Source of the DNA: Eledone cirrhosa
Taxonomy: Eukaryota
Assembly (NCBI GenBank): GCA_964016885.1
Contig: OZ024740.1
Location: 14,880,001-14,944,000, forward strand
Direction of reading: 5' to 3'
Length of the DNA: 64,000 nucleotides
Shown here in pieces: positions 15,001-30,000 of the stretch (the first letter of the stretch is position 1; every line of letters starts with the position of its first letter). The notes under the pieces were generated by a model. The model saw nothing but the letters and a program-made list of their open reading frames with translations, was not told the origin of the DNA and ran no database searches. The translations under genes and the position numbers were made by a program.

Positions 15001-18000
15001 AATCAAAGCCAGAATATGGAAAGTCCTCGAATGAAAGGAATCAAAGCCAGAATATGGAAAGTCCTCAAATGAAAGGAATCAAAGCTAGAATATGGAAAGT
15101 CCTCAAATGAGAGGAATCAAAGCCAGAATATGGAAAGTCCTCAAATGAAAGGAATCAAAGCCAGAATATGGAAAGTCCTCAAATGAGAGGAATCAAAGCC
15201 AGAATATGGAAAGTCCTCAAATGAGAGGAATCAAAGCCAGAATATGGAAAGTCCTCAAATGAAAGGAATCAAAGCCAGAATATGGAAAGTCCTCAGATGA
15301 GAGGAATCAAACCCAGAATATGGAAAGTCCTCAAATGAGAGGAATCAAAGCAAGAATATGGAAAGTCCTCAAATGAAAGGAATCAAAGCCAGAATATGGA
15401 AAGTCCTCAAATGAAAGGAATCAAAGCCAGAATATGGAAAGTCCTCAAATGAAAGGAATAAAAGCCAGAATATTGAAAGTCCTCAAATGAAAGGAATCAA
15501 AGCCAGAATATGGAAAGTCCTCGAATAAAAGGAATCAAAGCCAGAATATGGAAAGTCCTCAAATGAAAGGAATCAAAGCCAGAATATGGAAAGTCCTCAA
15601 ATGAAAGGAATCAAAGCCAGAATATGGAAAGTCCTCAAATGAAAGGAATCAAAGCCAGAATATGGAAAGTCCTCAAATGAAAGGAATCAAAGCCAGAATA
15701 TGGAAAGTCCTCAAATGAGAGGAATCAAAGCCAGAATATGGAAAGTCCTCAAATGAGAGGAATCAAAGCCAGAATATGGAAATTCCTCAAATGAGAGGAA
15801 TCAAAGCCAGAATATGGAATGTCCTCGAATGAAAGGAATCAAAGCCAGAATATGGAAAGTCCTCAAATGAGAGGAATCAAAGCCAGAATATGGAAAGTCC
15901 TCAAATGAAAGGAATCAAAGCCAGAATATGGAAAGTCCTCAAATGAGAGGAATCAAAGCCAGAATATGGAAAGTCCTAAAATGAAAGGAATGAAAGCCAG
16001 AATATGGAAAGTCCTCAAATGAGAGGAATCAAAGCCAGAATATGGAAAGTCCTCAAATGAGAGGAATCAAAGCCAGAATATGGAAATTCCTCAAATGAGA
16101 GGAATCAAAGCCAGAATATGGAAAGTCCTCAAATGAAAGCAATCAAAGCCAGAATATGGAAAGTCCTCAAATGAGAGGAATCAAAGCCAGGATATGGAAA
16201 GTCCTCAAATGAGAGGAATCAAAGCCAGAATATGGAAATTCCTCAAATGAGAGGAATCAAAGCCAGAATATGGAAAGTCCTCAAATGAAAGGAATCAAAG
16301 CCAGAACATGGAAAGTCCTCAAATGAAAGGAATCAAAGCCAGAATATGGAAAGTCCTCAAATGAGAGGAATCAAAGCCAGAATATGGAAAGTCCTCAAAT
16401 GAGAGGAATCAAAGCCAGAATATGGAAAGTCCTCAAATGAGAGGAATCAAAGCCAGAATATGGAAAGTCCTCAAATGAGAGGAATCAAAGCCAGAATATG
16501 GAAAGTCCTCAAATGAAAGGAATCAAAGCCAGAATATGGAAAGTCCTCAAATGAAACGAATCAAAGCCAGAATATGGAAAGTCCTCAAATGAGAGGAATC
16601 AAAGCCAGAATATGGAAAGTCCTCAAATGTGAGGAATCAAAGCCAGAATATGGAAAGTCCTCAAATGAGAGGAATCAAAGCCAGAATATGGAAATTCCTC
16701 AAATGAGAGGAATCAAAGCTAGAATATGGAAAGTCCTCGAATGAAAGGAATCAAAGCCAGAATATGGAAAGTCCTCAAATGAAAGGAATCAAAGCCAGAA
16801 TATGGAAAGTCCTCGAATGAAAGGAATCAAAGCCAGAATATGGAAAGTCCTCAAATGAAAGGAATCAAAGCCAGAATATGGAAAGTCCTCAAATGAAAGG
16901 AATCAAAGCCAGAATATGGAAAGTCCTCAAATGAAAGGAATCAAAGCCAGAATATGGAAAGTCCTCGAATGAAAGGAATCAAAGCCAGAATATGGAAAGT
17001 CCTCAAATGAAAGGAATCAAAGCCAGAATATGGAAAGTCCTCAAATGAAAGGAATCAAAGCCAGAATATGGAAAGTCCTCAAATGAGAGGAATCAAAGCC
17101 AGAATATGGAAAGTCCTAAAATGAAAGGAATCAAAGCCAGAATATGGAAAGTCCTCAAATGAGAGGAATCAAAGCCAGAATATGGAAAGTCCTCAAATGA
17201 GAGGAATCAAAGCCAGAATATGGAAATTCCTCAAATGAGAGGAATCAAAGCCAGAATATGGAAAGTCCTCAAATGAAAGGAATCAAAGCCAGAATATGGA
17301 AAGTCCTCGAATGAAAGGAATCAAAGCCAGAATATGGAAAGTCCTCGAATGAAAGGAATCAAAGCCAGAATATGGAAAGTCCTCAAATGAAAGGAATCAA
17401 AGCCAGAATATGGAAAGTCCTCAAATGAGAGGAATCAAAGCCAGAATATGGAAAGTCCTCAAATGAAAGGAATCAAAGCCAGAATATGGAAAGTCCTCAA
17501 ATGAGAGGAATCAAAGCCAGAATATGGAAAGTCCTCAAATGAAAGGAATCAAAGCCAGAATATGGAAAGTCCTCAAATGAAAGGAATCAAAGCTAGAATA
17601 TTGAAAGTCCTCAAATGAAAGGAATCAAAGCCAGAATATGGAAAGTCCTCGAATGAAAGGAATCAAAGCCAGAATATGGAAAGTCCTCAAATGAAAGGAA
17701 TCCAAGCCAGAATATGGAAAGTCCTCAAATGAAAGGAATCAAAGCCAGAATATGGAAAGTCCTCAAATGAGAGGAATCAAAGCCAGAATATGGAAAGTCC
17801 TCAAATGAGAGGAATCAAAGCCAGAATATGGAAAGTCCTCAAATGAAAGGAATCAAAGCCAGAATATGGAAAGTCCTCAAATGAGAGGAATCAAACCCAG
17901 AATATGGAAATTCCTCAAATGAGAGGAATCAAGGCCAGAATATGGAAATTCCTCAAATGACAGGAATCAAAGCCAGAATATGGAAAGTCCTCAAATGAAA

Positions 18001-21000
18001 GGAATCAAAGCCAGAATATGGAAAGTCCTCAAATGAAAGGAATCAAAGCCAGAATATGGAAAGTCCTCAAATGAGAGGAATCAAAGCCAGAATATGGAAA
18101 GTCCTCAAATGAAAGGAATCAAAGCCAGAATATGGAAAGTCCTCAAATGAGAGGAATCAAAGCCAGGATATGGAAAGTCCTCAAATGAGAGGAATCAAAG
18201 CCAGAATATGGAAATTCCTCAAATGAGAGGAATCAAAGCCAGAATATGGAAAGTCCTCAAATGAAAGGAATCAAAGCCAGAATATGGAAAGTCCTCAAAT
18301 GAAAGGAATCAAAGCCAGAATATGGAAAGTCCTCAAATGAGAGGAATCAAAGCCAGAATATGGAAAGTCCTCAAATGAGAGGAATCAAAGCCAGAATATG
18401 GAAAGTCCTCAAATGAGAGGAATCAAAGCCAGAATATGGAAAGTCCTCAAATGAGAGGAATCAAAGCCAGAATATGGAAAGTCCTCAAATGAAAGGAATC
18501 AAAGCCAGAATATGGAAAGTCCTCAAATGAAACGAATCAAAGCCAGAATATGGAAAGTCCTCAAATGAGAGGAATCAAAGCCAGAATATGGAAAGTCCTC
18601 AAATGAGAGGAATCAAAGCCAGAATATGGAAAGTCCTCAAATGAGAGGAATCAAAGCCAGAATATGGAAATTCCTCAAATGAGAGGAATCAAAGCTAGAA
18701 TATGGAAAGTCCTCGAATGAAAGGAATCAAAGCCAGAATATGGAAAGTCCTCAAATGAAAGGAATCAAAGCCAGAATATGGAAAGTCCTCGAATGAAAGG
18801 AATCAAAGCCAGAATATGGAAAGTCCTCAAATGAAAGGAATCAAAGCCAGAATATGGAAAGTCCTCAAATGAAAGGAATCAAAGCCAGAATATGGAAAGT
18901 CCTCGAATGAAAGGAATCAAAGCCAGAATATGGAAAGTCCTCGAATGAAAGGAATCAAAGCCAGAATATGGAAAGTCCTCAAATGAAAGGAATCAAAGCC
19001 AGAATATGGAAAGTCCTCAAATGAAAGGAATCAAAGCCAGAATATGGAAAGTCCTCGAATGAAAGGAATCAAAGCCAGAATATGGAAAGTCCTCAAATGA
19101 AAGGAATCAAAGCCAGAATATGGAAAGTCCTCAAATGAGAGGAATAAAAGCCAGAATATGGAAAGTCCTCAAATGAAAGGAATCAAAGCCAGAATATGGA
19201 AAGTCCTCGAAAGAAAGGAATAAAAGCCAGAATATGGAAAGTCCTCAAATGAAAGGAATCAAAGCCAGAATATGGAAAGTCCTCGAATAAAAGGAATCAA
19301 AGCCAGAATATGGAAAGTCCTCGAATGAGAGGAATCAAAGCCAGAATATGGAAAGTCCTCGAATGAAAGGAATCAAAGCCAGAATATGGAAAGTCCTCGA
19401 ATGAAAGGAATCAAAGCCAGAATATGGAAAGTCCTCAAATGAAAGGAATCAAAGCCAGAATATGGAAATTCCTCAAATGAAAGGAATCAAAGCCAGAATA
19501 TGGAAAGTCCTCAAAAGAGAGGAATCAAAGCCAGAATATGGAAAGTCCTCGAATGAAAGGAATCAAAGCCAGAATATGGAAAGTCCTCAAATGAAAGGAA
19601 TCAAAGCCAGAATATGGAAAGTCCTCAAATGAGAGGAATCAAAGCCAGAATATGGAAAGTCCTCAAATGAAAGGAATCAAAGCCAGAATATGGAAAGTCC
19701 TCAAATGAAAGGAATCAAAGCCAGAATATGGAAAGTCCTCAAATGAAAGGAATCAAAGCCAGAATATGGAAAGTCCTGAAATGAGAGGAATCAAAGCCAG
19801 AATATGGAAATTGCTCAAATGAGAGGAATCAATGCCAGAATATGGAAAGTCCTCAAATGAAAGGAATCAAAGCCAGAATATGGAAAGTCCTCAAATGAAA
19901 GGAATCAAAGCCAGAATATGGAAAGTCCTCAAATGAAAGGAATCAAAGCCAGAATATGGAAAGTCCTCAAATGAAAGGAATCAAAGCCAGAATATGGAAA
20001 GTCCTCAAATGAGAGGAATCAAAGCCAGAATATGGAAAGTCCTCAAATGAGAGGAATCAAAGCCAGAAAATGGAAAGTCCTCAAATGAAAGGAATCAAAG
20101 CCAGAATATGGAAAGTCCTCAAATGAGAGGAATCAAAGCCAGAATATGGAAAGTCCTCAAATGAGAGGAATCAAAGCCAGAATTTGGAAAGTCCTCAAAT
20201 GAGAGGAATCAAAGCCAGAATATGGAAAGTCCTCAAATGAGAGGAATCAAAGCCAGAATATGGAAAGTCCTCAAATGAAAGGAATCAAAGCCAGAATATG
20301 GAAAGTCCTCAAATGAGAGGAATCCAAGCCAGAATATGGAAAGTCCTTGAATGAAAGGAATCAAAGCCAGAATATGGAAAGTCCTCGAAAGAAAGGAATC
20401 AAAGCCAGAATATGGAAAGTCCTCGAATGAAAGGAATCGAAGCCAGAATATGGAAAGTCCTCAAATGAGAGGAATAAAAGCCAGAATATGGAAAGTCCTC
20501 AAATGAAAGGAATCAAAGCCAGAATATGGAAAGTCCTCGAATGAAAGGAATCAAAGCCAGAATATGGAAAGTCCTCAAATGAAAGGAATCAAAGCCAGAA
20601 TATGGAAAGTCCTCAAAAGAAAGGAATCAAAGCCAGAATATGGAAAGTCCTCGAATGAAAGGAATCAAAGCCAGAATATGGAAAGTCCTCAAATGAAAGG
20701 AATCAAAGCCAGAATATGGAAAGTCCTCAAATGAGAGGAATCAAAGCCAGAATATGGAAAGTCCTCAAATGAAAGGAATCTAAGCCAGAATATGGAAAGT
20801 CCTCAAATGAAAGGAATCAAAGCCAGACTATGGAAAGTCCTCAAATGAAAGGAATGAAAGCCAGAATATGGAAAGTCCTCAAATGAGAGGAATCAAAAGC
20901 CAGAATATGGAAAGTCCTCAAATGAGAGGAATCAAAGCCAGAATATAGAAAGTCCTCAAATGAGAGGAATCAAAGCCAGAATATGGAAAGTCCTCAAATG

Positions 21001-24000
21001 AAAGGAATCAAAGCCAGAATATGGAAAGTCCTCAAATGAAAGGAATCAAAGCCAGAATATGGAAAGTCCTCAAATGAAAGGAATCAAAGCCAGAATATGG
21101 AAAGTCCTCAAATGAAAGGAATCAAAGCCAGAATATGGAAAGTCCTCAAATGAAAGGAATCAAAGCCAGAATATGGAAAGTCCTCAAATGAGAGGAATCA
21201 AAGCCAGAATATGGAAAGTCCTCAAATGAGAGGAATCAAAGCCAGAATATGGAAAGTCCTCAAATGAAAGGAATCAAAGCCAGAATATGGAAAGTCCTCA
21301 AATGAAAGGAATCAAAGCCAGAATATGGAAAGTCCTCAAATGAAAGGAATCAAAGCCAGAATATGGAAAGTCCTCAAAAGAGAGGAATCAAAGCCAGAAT
21401 ATGGAAAGTCCTCGAATGAAAGGAATCAAAGCCAGAATATGGAAAGTCCTCAAATGAAAGGAATCAAAGCCAGAATATGGAAAGTCCTCAAATGAGAGGA
21501 ATCAAAGCCAGAATATGGAAAGTCCTCAAATGAAAGGAATCAAAGCCAGAATATGGAAAGTCCTCAAATGAAAGGAATCAAAGCCAGAATATGGAAAGTC
21601 CTCAAATGAAAGGAATCAAAGCCAGAATATGGAAAGTCCTGAAATGAGAGGAATCAAAGCCAGAATATGGAAATTGCTCAAATGAGAGGAATCAATGCCA
21701 GGATATGGAAAGTCCTCAAATGAAAGGAATCAAAGTCAGAATATGGAAAGTCCTCAAATGAAAGGAATCAAAGCCAGAATATGGAAAGTCCTCAAATGAA
21801 AGGAATCAAAGCCAGAATATGGAAAGTCCTCAAATGAAAGGAATCAAAGCCAGAATATGGAAAGTCCTCAAATGAGAGGAATCAAAGCCAGAATATGGAA
21901 AGTCCTCAAATGAGAGGAATCAAAGCCAGAAAATGGAAAGTCCTCAAATGAAAGGAATCAAAGCCAGAATATGGAAAGTCCTCAAATGAGAGGAATCAAA
22001 GCCAGAATATGGAAAGTCCTCAAATGAGAGGAATCAAAGCCAGAATTTGGAAAGTCCTCAAATGAGAGGAATCAAAGCCAGAATATGGAAAGTCCTCAAA
22101 TGAGAGGAATCAAAGCCAGAATATGGAAAGTCCTCAAATGAAAGGAATCAAAGCCAGAATATGGAAAGTCCTCAAATGAGAGGAATCCAAGCCAGAATAT
22201 GGAAAGTCCTTGAATGAAAGGAATCAAAGCCATAATATGGAAAGTCCTCGAAAGAAAGGAATCAAAGCCAGAATATGGAAAGTCCTCGAATGAAAGGAAT
22301 CGAAGCCAGAATATGGAAAGTCCTCAAATGAAAGGAATCAAAGCCAGAATATGGAAAGTCCTCAAATGAAAGGAATCAAAGCCAGAATATGGAAAGTCCT
22401 CAAATGAAAGGAATCAAAGCCAGAATATGGAAAGTCCTCAAAAGAGAGGAATCAAAGCCAGAATATGGAAAGTCCTCGAAGGAAAGGAATCAAAGCCAGA
22501 ATATGGAAAGTCCTCAAATGAAAGGAATCAAAGCCAGAATATGGAAAGTCCTCAAATGAGAGGAATCAAAGCCAGAATATGGAAAGTCCTCAAATGAAAG
22601 GAATCAAAGCCAGAATATGGAAAGTCCTCAAATGAAAGGAATCAAAGCCAGAATATGGAAAGTCCTCAAATGAAAGGAATCAAAGCCAGAATATGGAAAG
22701 TCCTGAAATGAGAGGAATCAAAGCCAGAATATGGAAATTGCTCAAATGAGAGGAATCAATGCCAGAATATGGAAAGTCCTGAAATGAAAGGAATCAAAGC
22801 CAGAATATGGAAAGTCCTCAAATGAAAGGAATCAAAGCCAGAATATGGAAAGTCCTCAAATGAGAGGAATCAAAGCCAGAATATGGAAAGTCCTCAAATG
22901 AGAGGAATCAAAGCCAGAATATGGAAAGTCCTCAAATGAAAGGAATCAAAGCCAGAATATGGAAAGTCCTCAAATGAGAGGAATCAAAGCCAGAATATGG
23001 AAAGTCCTCAAATGAGAGGAATCAAAGCCAGAAAATGGAAAGTCCTCAAATGAAAGGAATCAAAGCCAGAATATGGAAAGTCCTCAAATGAGAGGAATCA
23101 AAGCCAGAATATGGAAAGTCCTCAAATGAGAGGAATCAAAGCCAGAATATGGAAAGTCCTCAAATGAAAGGAATCAAAGCAAGAATATGGAAAGTCCTCA
23201 AATGAAAGGAATCAAAGCCAGAATATGGAATGTCCTTGAATGAAAGGAATAAAAGCCAGAATATGGAAAGTCCTCAAATGAAAGCAATCAAAGCCAGAAT
23301 ATGGAAAGTCCTCGAATGAAAGGAATCAAAGCCAGAATATGGAAAGTCCTCAAATGAGAGGAATCAAAGCCAGAATATGGAAAGTGCTCGAATGAAAGGA
23401 ATCAAAGCCAGAATATGGAAAGTCCTCGAAAGAAAGGAATCAAAGCCAGAATATGGAAAGTCCTCGAATGAAAGGAATCAAAGCCAGAATATGGAAAGTC
23501 CTCAAATGAGAGGAATAAAAGCCAGAATATGGAAAGTCCTCAAATGAAAGGAATCAAAGCCAGAATATGGAAAGTCCTCAAATAAAAGGAATCAAAGCCA
23601 GAATATGGAAAGTCCTCAAATGAAAGGAATCAAAGCCAGAATATGGAAAGTCCTCAAAAGAGAGGAATCAAAGCCAGAATATGGAAAGTCCTCGAATGAA
23701 AGGAATCAAAGCCAGAATATGGAAAGTCCTCAAATGAAAGGAATCAAAGCCAGAATATGGAAAGTCCTCAAATGAGAGGAATCAAAGCCAGAATATGGAA
23801 AGTCCTCAAATGAAAGGAATCAAAGCCAGAATATGGAAAGTCCTCAAATGAAAGGAATCAAAGCCAGAATATGGAAAGTCCTCAAATGAAAGGAATCAAA
23901 GCCAGAATATGGAAAGTCCTCAAATGAGAGGAATCAAAGCCAGAATATGGAAAGTCCTCAAATGAGAGGAATCAAAGCCAGAATATGGAAAGTCCTCAAA

Positions 24001-27000
24001 TGAGAGGAATCAAAGCCAGAATATGGAAAGTCCTCAAATGAAAGGAATCAAAGCCAGAATATGGAAAGTCCTCAAATGAAAGGAATCAAAGCCAGAATAT
24101 GGAAAGTCCTCAAATGAAAGGAATCAAAGCCAGAATATGGAAAGTCCTCAAATGAAAGGAATCAAAGCCAGAATATGGAAAGTCCTCAAATGAAAGGAAT
24201 CAAAGCCAGAATATGGAAAGTCCTCAAAAGAGAGGAATCAAAGCCAGAATATGGAAAGTCCTCGAATGAAAGGAATCAAAGCCAGAATATGGAAAGTCCT
24301 CAAATGAAAGGAATCAAAGCCAGAATATGGAAAGTCCTCAAATGAGAGGAATCAAAGCCAGAATATGGAAAGTCCTCAAATTAAAGGAATCAAAGCCAGA
24401 ATAAGGAAAGTCCTCAAATGAAAGGAATCAAAGCCAGAATATGGAAAGTCCTCAAATGAAAGGAATCAAAGCCAGAATATGGAAAGTCCTGAAATGAGAG
24501 GAATCTAAGCCAGAATATGGAAATTGCTCAAATGAGAGGAATCAATGCCAGAATATGGAAAGTCCTCAAATGAAAGGAATCAAAGCCAGAATATGGAAAG
24601 TCCTCAAATGAAAGGAATCAAAGCCAGAATATGGAAAGTCCTCAAATGAAAGGAATCAAAGCCAGAATATGAAAAGTCCTCAAATGAGAGGAATCAAAGC
24701 CAGAATATGGAAAGTCCTCAAATGAGAGGAATCAAAGCCAGAATATGGAAAGTCCTCAAATGAAAGGAATCAAAGCCAGAATATGGAAAGTCCTCAAATG
24801 AGAGGAATCAAAGCCAGAATATGGAAAGTCCTCAAATGAGAGGAATCAAAGCCAGAAAATGGAAAGTCCTCAAATGAAAGGAATCAAAGCCAGAATATGG
24901 AAAGTCCTCAAATGAGAGGAATCAAAGCCAGAATATGGAAAGTCCTCAAATGAGAGGAATCAAAGCCAGAATATGGAAAGTCCTCAAATGAGAGGAATCA
25001 AAGCCAGAATATGGAAAGTCCTCAAATGAAAGGAATCAAAGCCAGAATATGGAAAGTCCTCAAATGAAAGGAATCAAAGCCAGAATATGGAATGTCCTTG
25101 AATGAAAGGAATAAAAGCCAGAATATGGAAAGTCCTCAAATGAAAGCAATCAAAGCCAGAATATGGAAAGTCCTCAAATAAGAGGAATCAAAGCCAGAAT
25201 ATGGAAAGTCCTCGAATGAAAGGAATCAAAGCCAGAATATGGAAAGTCCTCGAAAGAAAGGAATCAAAGCCAGAATATGGAAAGTCCTCGAATGAAAGGA
25301 ATCAAAGCCAGAATATGGAAAGTCCTCAAATGAGAGGAATAAAAGCCAGAATATGGAAAGTCCTCAAATGAAAGGAATCAAAGCCAGAATATGGAAAGTC
25401 CTCGAATGAAAGGAATCAAAGCCAGAATATGGAAAGTCCTCGAATGAAAGGAATCAAAGCCAGAATATGGAAAGTCCTCGAATGAAAGGAATCAAAGCCA
25501 GAATATGGAAAGTCCTCCAATGAAAGGAATCAAAGCCAGAATATGGAAAGTCCTCAAATGAAAGGAATCAAAGCCAGAATATGGAAAGTCCTCAAATGAG
25601 AGGAATCAAAGCCAGAATATGGAAAGTCCTCGAATGAAAGGAATCAAAGCCAGAATATGGAAAGTCCTCAAATGAAAGGATTCAAAGCCAGAATATGGAA
25701 AGTCCTCAAATGAGTGGAATCAAAGCCAGAATATGGAAAGTCCTCAAATGAAAGGAATCAAAGCCAGAATATGGAAAGTCCTCAAATGAGAGGAATCAAA
25801 GCCAGAATATGGAAAGTCCTGAAATGAGAGGAATCAAAGCCAGAATATGGAAATTGCTCAAATGAGAGGAATCAATGCCAGAATATGGAAAGTCCTCAAA
25901 TGAAAGGAATCAAAGCCAGAATATGGAAAGTCCTCAAATGAAAGGAATCAAAGCCAGAATATGGAAAGTCCTCAAATGAAAGGAATCAAAGCCAGAATAT
26001 GGAAAGTCCTCAAATAAGAGGAATCAAAGCCAGAATATGGAAAGTCCTCGAATGAAAGGAATCAAAGCCAGAATATGGAAAGTCCTCGAATGAAAGGAAT
26101 CAAAGCCAGAATATGGAAAGTCCTCGAATGAAAGGAATCAAAGCCAGAATATGGAAAGTCCTCGAATGAAAGGAATCAAAGCCAGAATATGGAAAGTCCT
26201 CAAATGAAAGGAATCAAAGCCAGAATATGGAAAGTCCTCAAATGAAAGGAATCAAAGCCAGAATATGGAAAGTCCTCAAATGAGAGGAATCAAAGCCAGA
26301 ATATGGAAAGTCCTCGAATGAAAGGAATCTAAGCCAGAATATGGAAAGTCCTCAAATGAAAGGAATCAAAGCCAGAATATGGAAAATCTTCAAATGAGTG
26401 GAATCAAAGCCAGAATATGGAAAGTCCTCAAATGAAAGGAATCAAAGCCAGAATATGGAAAGTCCTCAAATGAGAGGAATCAAAGCCAGAATATGGAAAG
26501 TCCTCAAATGAGAGGAATCAAAGCCAGAATATGGAAAGTGCTCGAATGAAAGGAATCAAAGCCAGAATATGGAAAGTCCTCGAAAGAAAGGAATCAAAGC
26601 CAGAATATGGAAAGTCCTCGAATGAAAGGAATCAAAGCCAGAATATGGAAAGTCCTCAAATGAGAGGAATAAAAGCCAGAATATGGAAAGTCCTCAAATG
26701 AAAGGAATCAAAGCCAGAATATGGAAAGTCCTCAAATAAAAGGAATCAAAGCCAGAATATGGAAAGTCCTCAAATGAAAGGAATCAAAGCCAGAATATGG
26801 AAAGTCCTCAAAAGAGAGGAATCAAAGCCAGAATATGGAAAGTCCTCGAATGAAAGGAATCAAAGCCAGAATATGGAAAGTCCTCAAATGAAAGGAATCA
26901 AAGCCAGAATATGGAAAGTCCTCAAATGAGAGGAATCAAAGCCAGAATATGGAAAGTCCTCAAATGAAAGGAATCAAAGCCAGAATATGGAAAGTCCTCA

Positions 27001-30000
27001 AATGAAAGGAATCAAAGCCAGAATATGGAAAGTCCTCAAATGAAAGGAATCAAAGCCAGAATATGGAAAGTCCTCAAATGAGAGGAATCAAAGCCAGAAT
27101 ATGGAAAGTCCTCAAATGAGAGGAATCAAAGCCAGAATATGGAAAGTCCTCAAATGAGAGGAATCAAAGCCAGAATATGGAAAGTCCTCAAATGAAAGGA
27201 ATCAAAGCCAGAATATGGAAAGTCCTCAAATGAAAGGAATCAAAGCCAGAATATGGAAAGTCCTCAAATGAAAGGAATCAAAGCCAGAATATGGAAAGTC
27301 CTCAAATGAAAGGAATCAAAGCCAGAATATGGAAAGTCCTCAAATGAAAGGAATCAAAGCCAGAATATGGAAAGTCCTCAAAAGAGAGGAATCAAAGCCA
27401 GAATATGGAAAGTCCTCGAATGAAAGGAATCAAAGCCAGAATATGGAAAGTCCTCAAATGAAAGGAATCAAAGCCAGAATATGGAAAGTCCTCAAATGAG
27501 AGGAATCAAAGCCAGAATATGGAAAGTCCTCAAATGAAAGGAATCAAAGCCAGAATAAGGAAAGTCCTCAAATGAAAGGAATCAAAGCCAGAATATGGAA
27601 AGTCCTCAAATGAAAGGAATCAAAGCCAGAATATGGAAAGTCCTGAAATGAGAGGAATCTAAGCCAGAATATGGAAATTGCTCAAATGAGAGGAATCAAT
27701 GCCAGAATATGGAAAGTCCTCAAATGAAAGGAATCAAAGCCAGAATATGGAAAGTCCTCAAATGAAAGGAATCAAAGCCAGAATATGGAAAGTCCTCAAA
27801 TGAAAGGAATCAAAGCCAGAATATGAAAAGTCCTCAAATGAGAGGAATCAAAGCCAGAATATGGAAAGTCCTCAAATGAGAGGAATCAAAGCCAGAATAT
27901 GGAAAGTCCTCAAATGAAAGGAATCAAAGCCAGAATATGGAAAGTCCTCAAATGAGAGGAATCAAAGCCAGAATATGGAAAGTCCTCAAATGAGAGGAAT
28001 CAAAGCCAGAAAATGGAAAGTCCTCAAATGAAAGGAATCAAAGCCAGAATATGGAAAGTCCTCAAATGAAAGGAATCAAAGCCAGAATATGGAATGTCCT
28101 TGAATGAAAGGAATAAAAGCCAGAATATGGAAAGTCCTCAAATGAAAGCAATCAAAGCCAGAATATGGAAAGTCCTCGAATAAAAGGAATCAAAGCCAGA
28201 ATATGGAAAGTCCTCAAATAAGAGGAATCAAAGCCAGAATATGGAAAGTCCTCGAATGAAAGGAATCAAAGCCAGAATATGGAAAGTCCTCGAAAGAAAG
28301 GAATCAAAGCCAGAATATGGAAAGTCCTCGAATGAAAGGAATCAAAGCCAGAATATGGAAAGTCCTCAAATGAGAGGAATAAAAGCCAGAATATGGAAAG
28401 TCCTCAAATGAAAGGAATCAAAGCCAGAATATGGAAAGTCCTCGAATGAAAGGAATCAAAGCCAGAATATGGAAAGTCCTCGAATGAAAGGAATCAAAGC
28501 CAGAATATGGAAAGTCCTCAAATGAAAGGAATCAAAGCCAGAATATGGAAAGTCCTCAAATGAAAGGAATCAAAGCCAGAATATGGAAAGTCCTCAAATG
28601 AGAGGAATCAAAGCCAGAATATGGAAAGTCCTCGAATGAAAGGAATCAAAGCCAGAATATGGAAAGTCCTCAAATGAAAGGATTCAAAGCCAGAATATGG
28701 AAAGTCCTCAAATGAGTGGAATCAAAGCCAGAATATGGAAAGTCCTCAAATGAAAGGAATCAAAGCCAGAATATGGAAAGTCCTCAAATGAGAGGAATCA
28801 AAGCCAGAATATGGAAAGTCCTGAAATGAGAGGAATCAAAGCCAGAATATGGAAATTGCTCAAATGAGAGGAATCAATGCCAGAATATGGAAAGTCCTCA
28901 AATGAAAGGAATCAAAGCCAGAATATGGAAAGTCCTCAAATGAAAGGAATCAAAGCCAGAATATGGAAAGTCCTCAAATGAAAGAAATCAAAGCCAGAAT
29001 ATGGAAAGTCCTCAAATAAGAGGAATCAAAGCCAGAATATGGAAAGTCCTCGAATGAAAGGAATCAAAGCCAGAATATGGAAGGTCCTCGAAAGAAAGGA
29101 ATCAAAGCCAGAATATGGAAAGTCCTCGAATGAAAGGAATCAAAGCCAGAATATGGAAAGTCCTCGAATGAAAGGAATCAAAGCCAGAATATGGAAAGTC
29201 CTCGAATGAAAGGAATCAAAGCCAGAATATGGAAAGTCCTCAAATGAAAGGAATCAAAGCCAGAATATGGAAAGTCCTCAAATGAAAGGAATCAAAGCCA
29301 GAATATGGAAAGTCCTCAAATGAGAGGAATCAAAGCCAGAATATGGAAAGTCCTCGAATGAAAGGAATCAAAGCCAGAATATGGAAAGTCCTCAAATGAA
29401 AGGAATCAAAGCCAGAATATGGAAAGTCTTCAAATGAGTGGAATCAAAGCCAGAATATGGAAAGTCCTCAAATGAAAGGAATCAAAGCCAGAATATGGAA
29501 AGTCCTCAAATGAGAGGAATCAAAGCCAGAATATGGAAAGTCCTCAAATGAGAGGAATCAAAGCCAGAATATGGAAATTCCTCAAATGAGAGGAATCAAA
29601 GCCAGAATATGGAAAGTCCTCAAATGAAAGGAATCAAAGCCAGAATATGGAAAGTCCTCGAATGAAAGGAATCAAAGCCAGAATATGGAAAGTCCTCGAA
29701 TAAAAGGAATCAAAGCCAGAATATGGAAAGTCCTCGAATGAGAGGAATCAAAGCCAGAATATGGAAAGTCCTCGAATGAAAGGAATCAAAGCCAGAATAT
29801 GGAAAGTCCTCGAATGAAAGGAATCAAAGCCAGAATATGGAAAGTCCTCAAATGAAAGGAATCAAAGCCAGAATATGGAAAGTCCTCAAATGAAAGGAAT
29901 CAAAGCCAGAATATGGAAAGTCCTCAAAAGAGAGGAATCAAAGCCAGAATATGGAAAGTCCTCGAATGAAAGGAATCAAAGCCAGAATATGGAAAGTCCT

